A stretch of DNA of 64,000 nucleotides from Nitrosopumilus sp. (GTDB taxonomy: Archaea; Thermoproteota; Nitrososphaeria; Nitrososphaerales; Nitrosopumilaceae), in contig OZ245040.1 in NCBI GenBank assembly GCA_965224195.1, forward strand, positions 1,952,001 to 2,016,000, in the 5' to 3' direction. Of the stretch, positions 9,871 through 20,100 are shown piece after piece. The notes beneath the pieces were generated by a model. The model was not told where the DNA came from. It ran no database searches and was given only the letters and a program-made list of their open reading frames with translations. The position numbers and the translations under genes were made by a program. The first letter of the stretch is position 1; each line of letters opens with the position of its first letter.

Positions 9871-10686
9871 ATGGCTTCAAGTCCTACAATATTAGATTCA
9901 GATTTTCGATATATCGATAAGAAAGGAAACTTGCTCAAAACTAGAACCGAATTAACAGTAGCACAGATGCTTACATTTCTTGAAGAAGATTATGAATACA
10001 ACCACAAAGTTACGCTAAAAAATGGAACTGAGGTAATAGTGGATTTCAAAACCGAAAAAGGATTGATTGAAGTTATTGACACAGATAAGGATATTGAAAA
10101 ATATAAACAGGTCAAAGAAGATTTCCCTGAAAATAAAGTAATGGCAATAGGACATGCAAAATATGTTGCACAGATTAAAGAATTACAAGATATTGTATTT
10201 TATGATAAAACTCCACAAACAGGATCCATATTTTTAGAGGATGCATCATTCTCATTTGATTATGCACATATTCTTCCATTAGTTGAAAAATGTTCTATTC
10301 TACACGGACATACATCTTCTGTAATGGTTGAACTTATAGGACAGATGAAAGACAATCTTCTTTTAGATTTTGGAGATGCTAAAAAAATTATCAAAGAAGT
10401 AGTCAATGTATTTGATCATAAATTCTTCATCAATAGAAAATATTTGCAAAAAGAAGATGATTCACATTATCAAATTCAATTTGAAGGACTTAAAGGTATG
10501 TTTGACTTGCAAGTTCCTAAAAATACAACATATCTATTAGAAGGTGAAGCTACTGTTGAAAATCTTTCAAGTGAAATTATCAAATTATTAGTACCAAAAA
10601 TGCCATTAAATGTAGAGGCAGTAGGTGTTTACATCTATGAAGGTTACAATAAAGGATCTCATATTATTTCAAACATAGAAAGATAG
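9871..10686 (+). CDS. 6-pyruvoyl-tetrahydropterin/QueD-family synthase with extra N-terminal domain
   Basis: FDYAH, CSILHGH, DFGDAK, FDHKF, TVENL in C-terminal about 150 aa. Confidence 0.85.
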   Translation: MASSPTILDSDFRYIDKKGNLLKTRTELTVAQMLTFLEEDYEYNHKVTLKNGTEVIVDFKTEKGLIEVIDTDKDIEKYKQVKEDFPENKVMAIGHAKYVAQIKELQDIVFYDKTPQTGSIFLEDASFSFDYAHILPLVEKCSILHGHTSSVMVELIGQMKDNLLLDFGDAKKIIKEVVNVFDHKFFINRKYLQKEDDSHYQIQFEGLKGMFDLQVPKNTTYLLEGEATVENLSSEIIKLLVPKMPLNVEAVGVYIYEGYNKGSHIISNIER

Positions 10687-10693
10687 TTAGAAA

Positions 10694-13012
10694 ATGGAAC
10701 CTAAAATATCAGAGAAAGCATGGAATCCAGAATTAGAAAAAGAAATTCTAAAACAATGGGATGAAGAAAAAATTTATGATTTTACACCACAAGATGATAA
10801 TTTCACAATAGATACGCCTCCTCCATATCCATCAGGTAGACCTTGGCATATTGGTGCTGCAGCGCATTATTCACAAATTGATATGATTGCAAGAACCGCA
10901 AGAATGGCAGGCAAAAATGTCTATTTTCCAATAGGAATTGACAGAAATGGACTTCCAGTAGAACTCTACACTGAGAAAAAACACAAAATTAGAATGAGAG
11001 AAACAGAAAGAGGTGAATTTCTAAATCTATGTAGAGAAGCACTAGATGATTTGGAAGCTGAGATGATTCTCATTATGAAAAGTTTGGGTCTTAGTGGTGA
11101 TTTTGCAAATTACTATAGAACAGATTCAGAAGAATATAGGACACTTACTCAGTCAACATTCATTGATTTATGGAAAAAAGGACAAGTGTATCTTGCAAAT
11201 AGGCCAAATAATTACGATTGGGTATCAGGTACAACAATAGCAGATGCAGAAATAATCTATGAAGATTTATCTACAAAACTAGTTTACATGAAATTCAAAA
11301 TTAAAGATACAGATAAAGAAATAATCATTGCAAGTACAAGACCAGAGTTACTTTGTGCATGTAGAACCATCATTGTAAATTCTGAAGATGAAAGATATAC
11401 ACAATACATTGGAAAAAAAATCATTGTTCCAATTACTAATGCAGAAGTTGAATTAAGAACACATCACTCTGCTCAACAGGAATTTGGTTCGGGAGCTGTA
11501 ATGGTGTGTAGTTATGGTGATCAAAACGATGTTGCATTATTTAGAGAATTAGAGTTAGAAAAGATTGTTGCAATTGGATTAGATGGAAGAATGACTAAAG
11601 TTGCTGGTGAATATACAGGATTAAAGCCAAAACAAGCAAGAACAAAAATCATAGAAGACCTGGAAACTAAAGGATTTCTAAAAAAAACTGAAGACATTGT
11701 TCACAGAACACCAGTATCAGAGAGAAGCAAAGCACCAATTGAAATTATTCCAATGGAAGAATACTATTTAAAACAAAAAGAAACAGTTCCAAAAATCAAG
11801 AGTTTAGGACAAGAAATAGAATTTCATCCACCAATGCATAAGCAAATTCTGATGAATTGGCTAGAATCTATCAATATTGACTGGCCAATTTCAAGGAGAA
11901 GATACTATGGTACTGAGATCCCAATATGGTACTGTAAAAAATGCTCAGAACCTCATGTTCCTGAGCCTGGAAAATACTATAAACCCTGGAATGAAAAATG
12001 TCCAATCAGTAATTGTACCAAATGTGATTTCACAGAATTTGTTGGGGAAGAACGAACATTTGACACATGGATGGATTCCAGCGTATCTCCACTTTTCATT
12101 AGCAAGTTTAACAGAGATGACGAATTTTTCAAAAAAGTATATCCTGCATCAATTAGACCTCAAGCAAAAGATATTGTTAGAACGTGGTTGTACTATACAC
12201 TTCTTAGATGTGAACAGTTAACTGGAAAGAAACCATGGTCTGAAGCCTGGGTCATGGGGTATGGTCTAGATGAAAAAGGAATGAAAATGAGCAAAAGTAA
12301 AGGGAATGCAATAGATCCTTTACCTGTAATTGAAAAATTAGGTGCTGATACTTTTAGATTTTGGAGTGCTAGTGAAATTAATCATGGATATGATTTTAGA
12401 TGTAACGAGCAAAAAATCGAATCAACAAAAAAATTCCTCAGTAAATTGTGGAATGTATCAAGATTTTTGTCTAGTTTTCCAGTAATTGAATCAGAAAAAC
12501 CTTCTGCATCAGATGAATGGATTTTATCAGAGTTGGACAAGTTAGTCAAGGAATGTAAAAGAGGATATAAAGAATACAACTTTTTCATTCCAGCAATTGC
12601 AATTAGAGAATTCACTTGGAATGTATTTGCCGCTCACTATATTGAAATGGTAAAAGCAAGAGCATATGGAATTGGATTTTCTGATGAAGAAAGGGATGGT
12701 GCAATATTTACACTACATAAAACATTATCAACAATTTTAAAATTATTAGCACCAATTACTCCATTTATCACAGAACATCTTTGGAAAGAACTGTATTCAA
12801 AAAATAGTATTCATAAAGAAAAACATGTTGAACCTGAAAATATTAAAGAGCAAAGTAATGTTACAAAAGAAATTTCAGAATTTAACTCCAAAGTATGGAA
12901 TGAGAAGAAATCTCAAAATCTATCATTAAAAGATTCAATCAAGATAGAAATTCCAGAATCTTTAGAACTATTCAAGAAAGATTTGAAATCTATGCACAAT
13001 TTGCTGGATTGA
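10694..13012 (+). CDS. valS: Valine--tRNA ligase
   Basis: DTPPPYPSG..HIG, STRPEL, DWPISRRRYYG, DTWMDSS, KMSKS. Confidence 0.95.
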   Translation: MEPKISEKAWNPELEKEILKQWDEEKIYDFTPQDDNFTIDTPPPYPSGRPWHIGAAAHYSQIDMIARTARMAGKNVYFPIGIDRNGLPVELYTEKKHKIRMRETERGEFLNLCREALDDLEAEMILIMKSLGLSGDFANYYRTDSEEYRTLTQSTFIDLWKKGQVYLANRPNNYDWVSGTTIADAEIIYEDLSTKLVYMKFKIKDTDKEIIIASTRPELLCACRTIIVNSEDERYTQYIGKKIIVPITNAEVELRTHHSAQQEFGSGAVMVCSYGDQNDVALFRELELEKIVAIGLDGRMTKVAGEYTGLKPKQARTKIIEDLETKGFLKKTEDIVHRTPVSERSKAPIEIIPMEEYYLKQKETVPKIKSLGQEIEFHPPMHKQILMNWLESINIDWPISRRRYYGTEIPIWYCKKCSEPHVPEPGKYYKPWNEKCPISNCTKCDFTEFVGEERTFDTWMDSSVSPLFISKFNRDDEFFKKVYPASIRPQAKDIVRTWLYYTLLRCEQLTGKKPWSEAWVMGYGLDEKGMKMSKSKGNAIDPLPVIEKLGADTFRFWSASEINHGYDFRCNEQKIESTKKFLSKLWNVSRFLSSFPVIESEKPSASDEWILSELDKLVKECKRGYKEYNFFIPAIAIREFTWNVFAAHYIEMVKARAYGIGFSDEERDGAIFTLHKTLSTILKLLAPITPFITEHLWKELYSKNSIHKEKHVEPENIKEQSNVTKEISEFNSKVWNEKKSQNLSLKDSIKIEIPESLELFKKDLKSMHNLLD

Positions 13013-13018
13013 GCCTGA

Positions 13019-13558
13019 TTATACCTGTAAAATACCATTTGTAATCAAATACTGAATTCCTTGAATAAACGTAGTATCATCTATTTGGTCATCTGCCCAC
13101 CATCCAGCATTACTCTTAATCCAAGATGGAATTTCAGGTTCTGAGGAAAAAGGATTGAGTGCATCAGTTCCAATAATATCAATAACAGAATCGCCACCAA
13201 AAAATGGGATTACAAGAGTTCTATATTCGGATGTAGAATTTATTTCTGCATAATCTGTTTCAAATCCATCAACTAAAACAAAAAATTCGTCATCTAACGT
13301 GTCAAATTTTGCATCCAATAAGGATCTTGGGATTGTAATCTCAACAGCTCCATCAGAAGAAGCATCCATTGTGAGAATTATTTCAACAAAATCAGGATCC
13401 AGGAAAATTGTGTCAAGAATACCATTTTCAATATTATAATCTACATCAAATGAATCAACAGATACGGTTCCAACATCTCCATATGAGAATTGGAACGATG
13501 TAAAAAGAATAAAAATAAACAGAAAACTCAAAAGATAAGTTGGATTTTTAATATTCAA
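13019..13558 (-). CDS. Secreted protein with C-terminal IPxWIKxNAxWW repeat domain
   Basis: Signal peptide; ITIPRSLLDA..FFVLVDG domain; IPSWIKSNAGWWADDQIDD tail. Confidence 0.8.
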   Translation of the reverse strand: MNIKNPTYLLSFLFIFILFTSFQFSYGDVGTVSVDSFDVDYNIENGILDTIFLDPDFVEIILTMDASSDGAVEITIPRSLLDAKFDTLDDEFFVLVDGFETDYAEINSTSEYRTLVIPFFGGDSVIDIIGTDALNPFSSEPEIPSWIKSNAGWWADDQIDDTTFIQGIQYLITNGILQV

Positions 13559-13560
13559 CT

Positions 13561-13860
13561 TTAGTTCCCAGTTATACCTAGATCTTCGTCTAATTCTACA
13601 GAAATTTCATTGCCCGTGGTGTCATCTGTTGTGTCATCTGTTATTGTATCAGTTTTTGTTAATGTACCAGTTCCATCAAGAAACCACATACCAGAAATTT
13701 TACTTTGAGGATTTAAAATTGAAACTTGAGTTGAATCAGTAATTTCACTTATGGGTGAATCAGCATTTAATAAAATTTTGAGCGTAGAATGAACTTCCTC
13801 AATTACATCCAACTCATCTTAAAACTCAAAAAATTCCCAATTTTGGAACCAAGTACTTGG
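13561..13860 (-). pseudogene. 3' remnant of a larger gene
   Basis: Frame continues upstream of 13812 through an in-frame TAA (PSTWFQNWEFFEF*DELDV); Thr/Asp-rich tail; no clean start. Confidence 0.45.
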
Positions 13861-14005
13861 CATCTAATTTGTTTGGGACTAAAATCATCAGATTATGCTG
13901 AAAATCGTAGTTTTAAGATCGGTTAATTATAAGCAATCTAATACAATAATAAAAAAATACCATACTGTATCAATGTGATATTATATTTGCGATTTGAGAT
14001 CAGAT

Positions 14006-14022
14006 ATATCAAAGTTTGATAT
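14006..14022. promoter_or_regulatory. Perfect inverted repeat, candidate operator
   Basis: ATATCAAA-G-TTTGATAT ending 9 nt before ATG at 14032. Confidence 0.4.
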
Positions 14023-14031
14023 TATAATACT

Positions 14032-15408
14032 ATGAAACCTCATCTTCTGGCAGCAACAATAGTCTTTTCATTAATACTGCTTGTCCCTGGCGGAGCATTT
14101 GCAAACCAGCTGCCAGGAGATGGCATTTTATCAGTACTAAAACAATATGCAAGTAGCGTCCCACTAGATAACATACAGTGCAAAAACCCAGAACATTTTG
14201 TAGCGTTGCGTGATAATGGCAAGCCAATATGCGCCACAGAAAGAACACTTGAGCATCTGGGGCTGGACATGACATATTACAATCCCAAACCAACCACTAC
14301 AAGTGGCACCATTACGCTTGATGACAAGACACACATTCCTTCAAACCCACAAACAACTAATGCAACTACTGGGATAATTACAAACGACTTGGCAGGACAA
14401 ATAGCAGACGAAGGCTTTCCAATGAAACCATTTTGGCCCAAATATACCATAGAATTCCCAATACAGGTCATGGTAGGTGAGCAATTTAATGTAGTTTACA
14501 ACTATGCCTATGTAATACCAGATGATGAGGGAAGCTATGAGGAGTACGAGTATATATGTGAAAGAGACTATTGTCAGGATGATAAACTATACTTTTCTGC
14601 ACCTGACTATGTAACCATACACAACAATGACCTTGTAGACTATGGTGTTGGTACAAATACAATGTATCTGCCGTTTCAAACATACCAGGGCGGTTTTATA
14701 GAAAATATCTATGATGCCTCTGGCCCCCAGAAAAAAACATTCACACTTGCAATAAATGAGCCAAACACTGGATACCGCTATGGAAAGATTATGGTTACCA
14801 TGAATTCCGGTGATGATACAATTTATTTTCATGTTGATAAAAACGGTAACGTAGAGCTAACACAGGATGTCTTGGAGAATTTTGCAGGTTATAATGAATA
14901 TGCAAGCATCCATGCATTCACTAAAGATGGAAACTATCTCAAATACATTGGTGATGATTCTGATTATGAGCAAGATATGTTATATCAACGAGGCTTCCTT
15001 TCTGAATTGCCATCAGTTAAAGAAAAACGAAGTATAGAGCCACTTGAAGTTCCGCATGATGAGATACTTGAGGGGTTTGCAGACTTTTTGCTAAAATATT
15101 ACCCACATGACAATTACAGGGAATATCTGTTGGAACCTGTCTGGGACCTGGATGCTGCATTTCTAGACCGATTGTTTGAGTTGCGCCCTGATCTGGAACC
15201 ACAAAGATTTTCACCTGTTTTAAATTTTTTATTGCCTCAGGCTTTTGGGCAGATGCCTTCTTTTTCTTATGTTTTTGGTAACCTTGTAAATGAGGATAAA
15301 AACGGCAATGAATATTATGTAAAAAATGCCAAAATATGTGCAGTCGATCATCATATAAATAAAAGCAATCCTGGTTCTGCTAACTTATCGAGGGATAAAC
15401 TAGACTGA
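14032..15408 (+). CDS. Secreted hypothetical protein, probably C-terminally truncated
   Basis: Signal peptide, LKQ..IQC..PIC Cys-pair module typical of thaumarchaeal surface proteins; last about 20 aa derive from unrelated AT-rich DNA. Confidence 0.7.
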   Translation: MKPHLLAATIVFSLILLVPGGAFANQLPGDGILSVLKQYASSVPLDNIQCKNPEHFVALRDNGKPICATERTLEHLGLDMTYYNPKPTTTSGTITLDDKTHIPSNPQTTNATTGIITNDLAGQIADEGFPMKPFWPKYTIEFPIQVMVGEQFNVVYNYAYVIPDDEGSYEEYEYICERDYCQDDKLYFSAPDYVTIHNNDLVDYGVGTNTMYLPFQTYQGGFIENIYDASGPQKKTFTLAINEPNTGYRYGKIMVTMNSGDDTIYFHVDKNGNVELTQDVLENFAGYNEYASIHAFTKDGNYLKYIGDDSDYEQDMLYQRGFLSELPSVKEKRSIEPLEVPHDEILEGFADFLLKYYPHDNYREYLLEPVWDLDAAFLDRLFELRPDLEPQRFSPVLNFLLPQAFGQMPSFSYVFGNLVNEDKNGNEYYVKNAKICAVDHHINKSNPGSANLSRDKLD

Positions 15409-15792
15409 ATTTTCCTTTTAACACAATTTTGGAAAATTGGATTAGGTTCTGTAAAGTTATCGAGATCTGAAATATGAATTTTCTCTAAATTGAATTTTCC
15501 TTGTGTAAACTAGCATTTTGAATTTATAATTTTACATCATCTATATTCTGCAAGACTGATAAACCATTAATTTGAATCTTGTATTTTCCCCATTTTTGGA
15601 AATTTTTCTTAAGTTTTGATATGAATTAAATTATCAATTCTCTCATGGTACTATCAAAATCAGGTATTGGCATATTTAATACACACTCAAAATTATTGCC
15701 ACCCATATTATTTATGACAAACTTTGGATTTTTTATTCTTTCCTTAATTGGCCCATTACCATCAGGTTTCAAATCAGATATTGATTTTTCTA

Positions 15793-16858
15793 GATGAGTT
15801 GCGCAATTACAAACAGAAATCTAACTTTTCTGTCATTTAATTCTTAATTTTATGGAATTGCAATGAATTCTTCTTTCCATTTAATCTTGAAATTGACAGT
15901 CCCACAAACAATTTCACTTATCACATCATATCTGCATAATTTGTTTCTAAACACATCGCGATTTATCCGAAATTGCTTGACTTGTGCAATAACATGTTCA
16001 ACTTTTATTCTAATTTTTGACTGCATCTTGTTCCACTCCTTTTGAGTAACAGTCAATTTTTTTCCTTTCTTTTTCTTGTATGGCAAAACACTTGCCTGTT
16101 CTGGAAAGTCTTTTTCCATCCCCAAATATCCAAGATCATAAGACTGCAGCAACCCTTCAGATAATGTTGGATGCTTTGATTTGTAAATTCTGTAATCATG
16201 ATGGCTGCCAGGCGAATGTGCAGATTTGTGGATTGTTATCCCATCAGGATTTATGGCGATTTGATTTTGTACTGCATGCTTTTTCTTTTTGCCTGAATGG
16301 TGTGTCCTTCTTTTCTTTTTGTTTTTTGGTCTTGGGATGGGCTGTTCTGTGCCATCAGTGATTGCAATTAATTCCGGAAAGAATTCTTGCAATTTCTGCA
16401 TGCCGTTAATCTTTTTTGAGTCTGCATATTTTTTGGCAGCAATTATAATGGACTGCTTCACTGCAGGCTCCAAACATCTGATGTTTCTCATTACGTTTGG
16501 TTTGTCCAAATCAAATATCATCCCTGGCATGTCATATGTTGTGTACATTCTGTAGTACATGAAAAACATTAGAATTCTGCCTTTGAAGGATAAGTCAAAC
16601 TTGTGTCCTGCACCAATGTCTCTTTCTCTGTTTTTGGACAATCTCTTTTGTTCTGCAGTTTTGTAATTTTTCTTTATTTCTTTGTATAGGGAATCAAACT
16701 GTGGAACAGTTAGTCCTGCTATTGACAGGAATTGCTTTGGTTTTTTTGCCAGTTTGTGCAATTAAACATGAATTGAAAATAATTCAGTCTTAGCTTTGGA
16801 TCTTATGATTAGAAAATGTTGAGATTATACTCAAATTGGACTGATTGCACAACTCATC
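15793..16858 (-). mobile_element. IS5-family (ISL2-like, DDE_Tnp_4) insertion sequence, 1066 bp
   Basis: Terminal inverted repeats GATGAGTTGCGCAAT / ATTGCACAACTCATC (14 of 15 match), TA on both flanks. Confidence 0.88.
15850..16761 (-). CDS. Transposase (HTH_Tnp_4 + DDE_Tnp_4)
   Basis: ITDGTEQPIPRP, SGKKKKH, DLGYLG, RIKVEHVI. Confidence 0.9.
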   Translation of the reverse strand: MHKLAKKPKQFLSIAGLTVPQFDSLYKEIKKNYKTAEQKRLSKNRERDIGAGHKFDLSFKGRILMFFMYYRMYTTYDMPGMIFDLDKPNVMRNIRCLEPAVKQSIIIAAKKYADSKKINGMQKLQEFFPELIAITDGTEQPIPRPKNKKKRRTHHSGKKKKHAVQNQIAINPDGITIHKSAHSPGSHHDYRIYKSKHPTLSEGLLQSYDLGYLGMEKDFPEQASVLPYKKKKGKKLTVTQKEWNKMQSKIRIKVEHVIAQVKQFRINRDVFRNKLCRYDVISEIVCGTVNFKIKWKEEFIAIP

Positions 16859-17018
16859 TATTGATGTTGATAATACTCAAACTCTCTTTGTATTATTTGA
16901 TAATCGGCATTCTTGGGCTACCGACAAAAAGATATTGTCAAAAATACAAGAAGAATGGGATGAAGATGGAAAAATAAAAAATTCTGCTTTTGTAATTATG
17001 CCTATAGGCAATCCTGAT
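16858..17018 (+). repeat. 161-bp inverted duplication, copy 1 (gene fragment abutting IS end)
   Basis: Reverse complement of 19724-19884 with a single mismatch. Confidence 0.92.
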
Positions 17019-17111
17019 TCATTCACTAAATGATCAGTTTTGGAATAAGTTGAATGTTGCTTTCAAAGGCATACTACACCCACACCCTTCCTAACTAACC
17101 GATAAGTTTTA

Positions 17112-17432
17112 CTAAGCAGGAATTGGTTCTTGTATCGCTTTCTTCATAGATTGCTTCCCAAGTTCATTATCCAGATCTTTAAACTTCTGGATAAGTGTAG
17201 AATCTGGATTCAGTGCATACAGTTGTGCCTTACCATACTTTCTTGTAGTTTTTAGATATTCAAATTCTAAAATTCCATCCCAAACCTTGTAAAATGTAGT
17301 TTTAGAAATACCAGTGTACTCTATAATCTCTTTTTTAGAATAGTCACTCTCTCTATTTTCCAGAAAGAAGTCTATTATTCTAAGTTTAGGAGTATCTCCC
17401 ATGTACTGTAGGAGTAGTGATTGGTCTTCCAT
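17112..17432 (-). CDS. Winged-HTH DNA-binding protein
   Basis: GDTPKLRIIDFFLEN..DYSKKEII..TGISKTTF..TRKYGKAQLYALN. Confidence 0.82.
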   Translation of the reverse strand: MEDQSLLLQYMGDTPKLRIIDFFLENRESDYSKKEIIEYTGISKTTFYKVWDGILEFEYLKTTRKYGKAQLYALNPDSTLIQKFKDLDNELGKQSMKKAIQEPIPA

Positions 17433-17493
17433 GTAATACTATGATCTTAAATGTATTTAAATGTGAACCAATAAAGGTACTGTAAGTGAACAC

Positions 17494-17763
17494 ATGCTAA
17501 TCGACGAGGAAATCAAAGGAAGAATCATACGAAAACTCTTCAGACGTGGAAATTGGGGTGCTAGTCACACCTCATTTGAGAATCTCAAAAAAGGATTCAC
17601 ACAAAGAGATACTGGAAAACAAGGTTCCAAAAAAGTAGACAAAATGGGAGAATCTCTGATCAAAGAGAATCTGATTTTATCAAAACCTACAGGATATGGA
17701 TTAGAGGTCAGTTTGAATCCAAAGATGATTGACAAGATTCAAGAATATTTAGAGAAAGAATAA
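17494..17763 (+). CDS. Hypothetical basic protein, probable winged-helix fold
   Basis: Intact 89-aa ORF divergent from the wHTH gene; WGASHT..ENL.KG and KPTGYGLEVSLNP. Confidence 0.72.
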   Translation: MLIDEEIKGRIIRKLFRRGNWGASHTSFENLKKGFTQRDTGKQGSKKVDKMGESLIKENLILSKPTGYGLEVSLNPKMIDKIQEYLEKE

Positions 17764-17813
17764 TTTGTTTAATAAAAAAACGAGCCCGTGAAATTGTTGG
17801 AGAATTAAGGGAA

Positions 17814-18590
17814 TACTCTGTCGAACAAATCATTTCTAGCTAACTTTTGATTTCCCTCAAACACTTGCAAATAAATTATACAACTCGACTTTTAATTCCA
17901 ATTCCTTTATCATGTATTTTCTTTTGTGAGCCATGACATACTCACCAAACATCCTTTTGAATGTAGAAAAGACACACTCTACAATCCATCTATTCCCATA
18001 GCTAACGCTGCGCTTCCACAAATCCAAATTATACATTTGAGCCAAAACTGATTTCTTTCTCAGATAACATTTTGTTTTGATAGATGATGTTTTTCTAACT
18101 TTAACTGCAGGCAGTGCATTTGTGTTGTGGTACAGATATGAAAAGTTGTTTTCTGAATCATATGCGCCATCAGCTAGAGCCTTGATTACATTTCCTTTGT
18201 ACAATGCTTGTTGTACTAGTTCTGGCAGATGTGCAGGCATCATGGGATGAATCATCAATTATTTTCAGTGAAACTATTTTCTTTGATTTCACATCTGCAC
18301 CAACATGGATTTTTAGAAACCCTCTCCTCATGTGCCATTTCTGCCTCATCCATTCACCTCTGTTTGCAACCTTGATTCCTGTACTGTCAATTGCTAAAAT
18401 GATTTCGTTGTTATCTCCAATGGAATTATCAATTTTGATGTCAAGCTTGTTTATTCTCTTGTGGACTGGTGTAAAATCCGGAACTGCTGGAATTCTATTA
18501 CAATATGCACGAATCATTCCTTTCTGTTTGTCTGAATGGCAGTCCAAAATAGATTCTCGCATAACCCAATAATTTCATGAATGAATCATG
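17814..18590 (-). mobile_element. IS5-family (ISH1-like) element copy A, 5'-truncated, frameshifted transposase
   Basis: End TACTCTGTCGAACAAAT shared with copy B; IDSTG, ADGAYD, RWIVE motifs split over two frames. Confidence 0.88.
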
Positions 18591-18825
18591 ATTACACATC
18601 CAACGTACATCCTAACATCCACCCCATGGGAGCCTACGGCCCCTCACGTTTTTGGATAAGAAAAAATAAACTCAAACAACTATAAATTTCAAAATGCCTC
18701 AAAATCTGATCTTAAGAGTTAAATAATAATTTCATTGTTTTAAAACAATAGTAAAGCCTAGCACTATTTATCATCAAATTGATTATGATATAAATTCTAA
18801 AATCTATACTGGTTATTGCTCAAGT

Positions 18826-18951
18826 ATGAGACCAGTACGATTTTCAGACAAGGATGAATCCAAAGTAAAAGAACTAGTAGAAGATGGAATAGATGTATAT
18901 CTAGAGAAATATCCTAATTTCTTTGATAATTTCAACTCAAAAGAGGTTTAA
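18826..18951 (+). pseudogene. Ribbon-helix-helix (CopG-like) remnant, 41 aa
   Basis: MRPVRFSDKDESKVKELVEDG resembles RHH strand-helix; second helix appears deleted. Confidence 0.4.
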
Positions 18952-19008
18952 TTATTTTGTGAATTTAAGATCGTATCTTTAATTAACCAATCTTTACTAC
19001 TAGATAGT

Positions 19009-19242
19009 ATGCCAGAATATGAATTTCAAATACTTTGTCGTGATGGAGATAAAGTGTGTGATGATGTGATGAAAAGTATGAAAAAACAAGATTTTGATAA
19101 AGTAAAAAGAAAAGAATTGTGTAATGCAGATCATAGTGGAATAAAAGAATGTGATAACATTTCTAATGCTGAACAGATATCTAATGGTTTATTTCAAGAA
19201 CATCATGGGAATATTCATAGAGTTACAATTGTACCAAGATAA
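19009..19242 (+). CDS. Hypothetical protein
   Basis: 77-aa ATG ORF with four Cys, AT-rich promoter-like region upstream. Confidence 0.55.
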   Translation: MPEYEFQILCRDGDKVCDDVMKSMKKQDFDKVKRKELCNADHSGIKECDNISNAEQISNGLFQEHHGNIHRVTIVPR

Positions 19243-19421
19243 AATATATACATATCTAAATTACACAATCTATTATCATGCAAACAACACTAAAATCAAA
19301 TATGATCGTCTTTACTCAAAATCAAGCAATTGAGATTGAACAATTTACAAAAGATCTTGAATCTGGAATTGTTGAGTTTGCCTTTGAAGGTTCATTATTG
19401 GAAGGCAAGGAATAGTAGACA

Positions 19422-19679
19422 TTGTGGAAGCTGCCAATAACTAAAAAATTTGTAATTCAACTTATTCGACTATCTCGAGACGATCATAAATTCGTAATGG
19501 ATAATATTAGTTATTTATTAAAAGTTTCTGATGTTGACAAACCTTTTGATATTGTTGATGATTGTGATGAAAAACCTGAGGAAAAACCATTTCCAATTGC
19601 ATTTAAAATTAATTATGATGAACAAATAATTTATCTTATCTCTATTGAAGAACATCTTTTAGATTCTAATAATCATTGA
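19422..19679 (+). CDS. Degenerate RelE/ParE-like toxin
   Basis: W...TKKF...L..L start and FKINYDEQIIYLISIEEH end match RelE-fold pattern; catalytic basic residues not evident. Confidence 0.45.
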   Translation: MWKLPITKKFVIQLIRLSRDDHKFVMDNISYLLKVSDVDKPFDIVDDCDEKPEEKPFPIAFKINYDEQIIYLISIEEHLLDSNNH

Positions 19680-20095
19680 TTTGACTGGATTAAAAAAAGC
19701 AAGATATCAAACTTTACAAATTTATCAGGATTGCCTATAGACATAATTACAAAAGCAGAATTTTTTATTTTTCCATCTTCATCCCATTCTTCTTGTATTT
19801 TTGACAATATCTTTTTGTCGGTAGCCCAAGAATGCCGATTATCAAATAATACAAAGAGAGTTTGAGTATTATCAACATCAATAGTTAATCTAGGATTATT
19901 GTTTTGTTCACTTTCATATTTAATTTCAAAAATAAGGTCATCACCTATTCCTTCTGCATTCTGTAACATCTGAGGAATTGATATGATGAATTGTTCTTCA
20001 GTGAGAATGTAAAATCTAATGTCTAAATCTTTGTCATCATCTTCAATCGTGGCTGAAATATGTAATTTATGATTGAGTTTTCCTGTATGATTCAC
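19673..20095 (-). CDS. Hypothetical protein (possibly fragment) carrying the duplicated 161-bp segment
   Basis: 140-aa ORF; DIRFYILTEEQF..LFVLFDNRHSWATDKKI. Confidence 0.55.
   Translation of the reverse strand: MNHTGKLNHKLHISATIEDDDKDLDIRFYILTEEQFIISIPQMLQNAEGIGDDLIFEIKYESEQNNNPRLTIDVDNTQTLFVLFDNRHSWATDKKILSKIQEEWDEDGKIKNSAFVIMSIGNPDKFVKFDILLFLIQSNQ
19724..19884 (-). repeat. 161-bp inverted duplication, copy 2
   Basis: Matches 16858-17018 in opposite orientation. Confidence 0.92.
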
Positions 20096-20100
20096 ATGAT

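Noticed and set aside
15350-15790. Broken minus-strand reading frames left of the IS
   Set aside because: Probably a decayed gene, but no family recognisable
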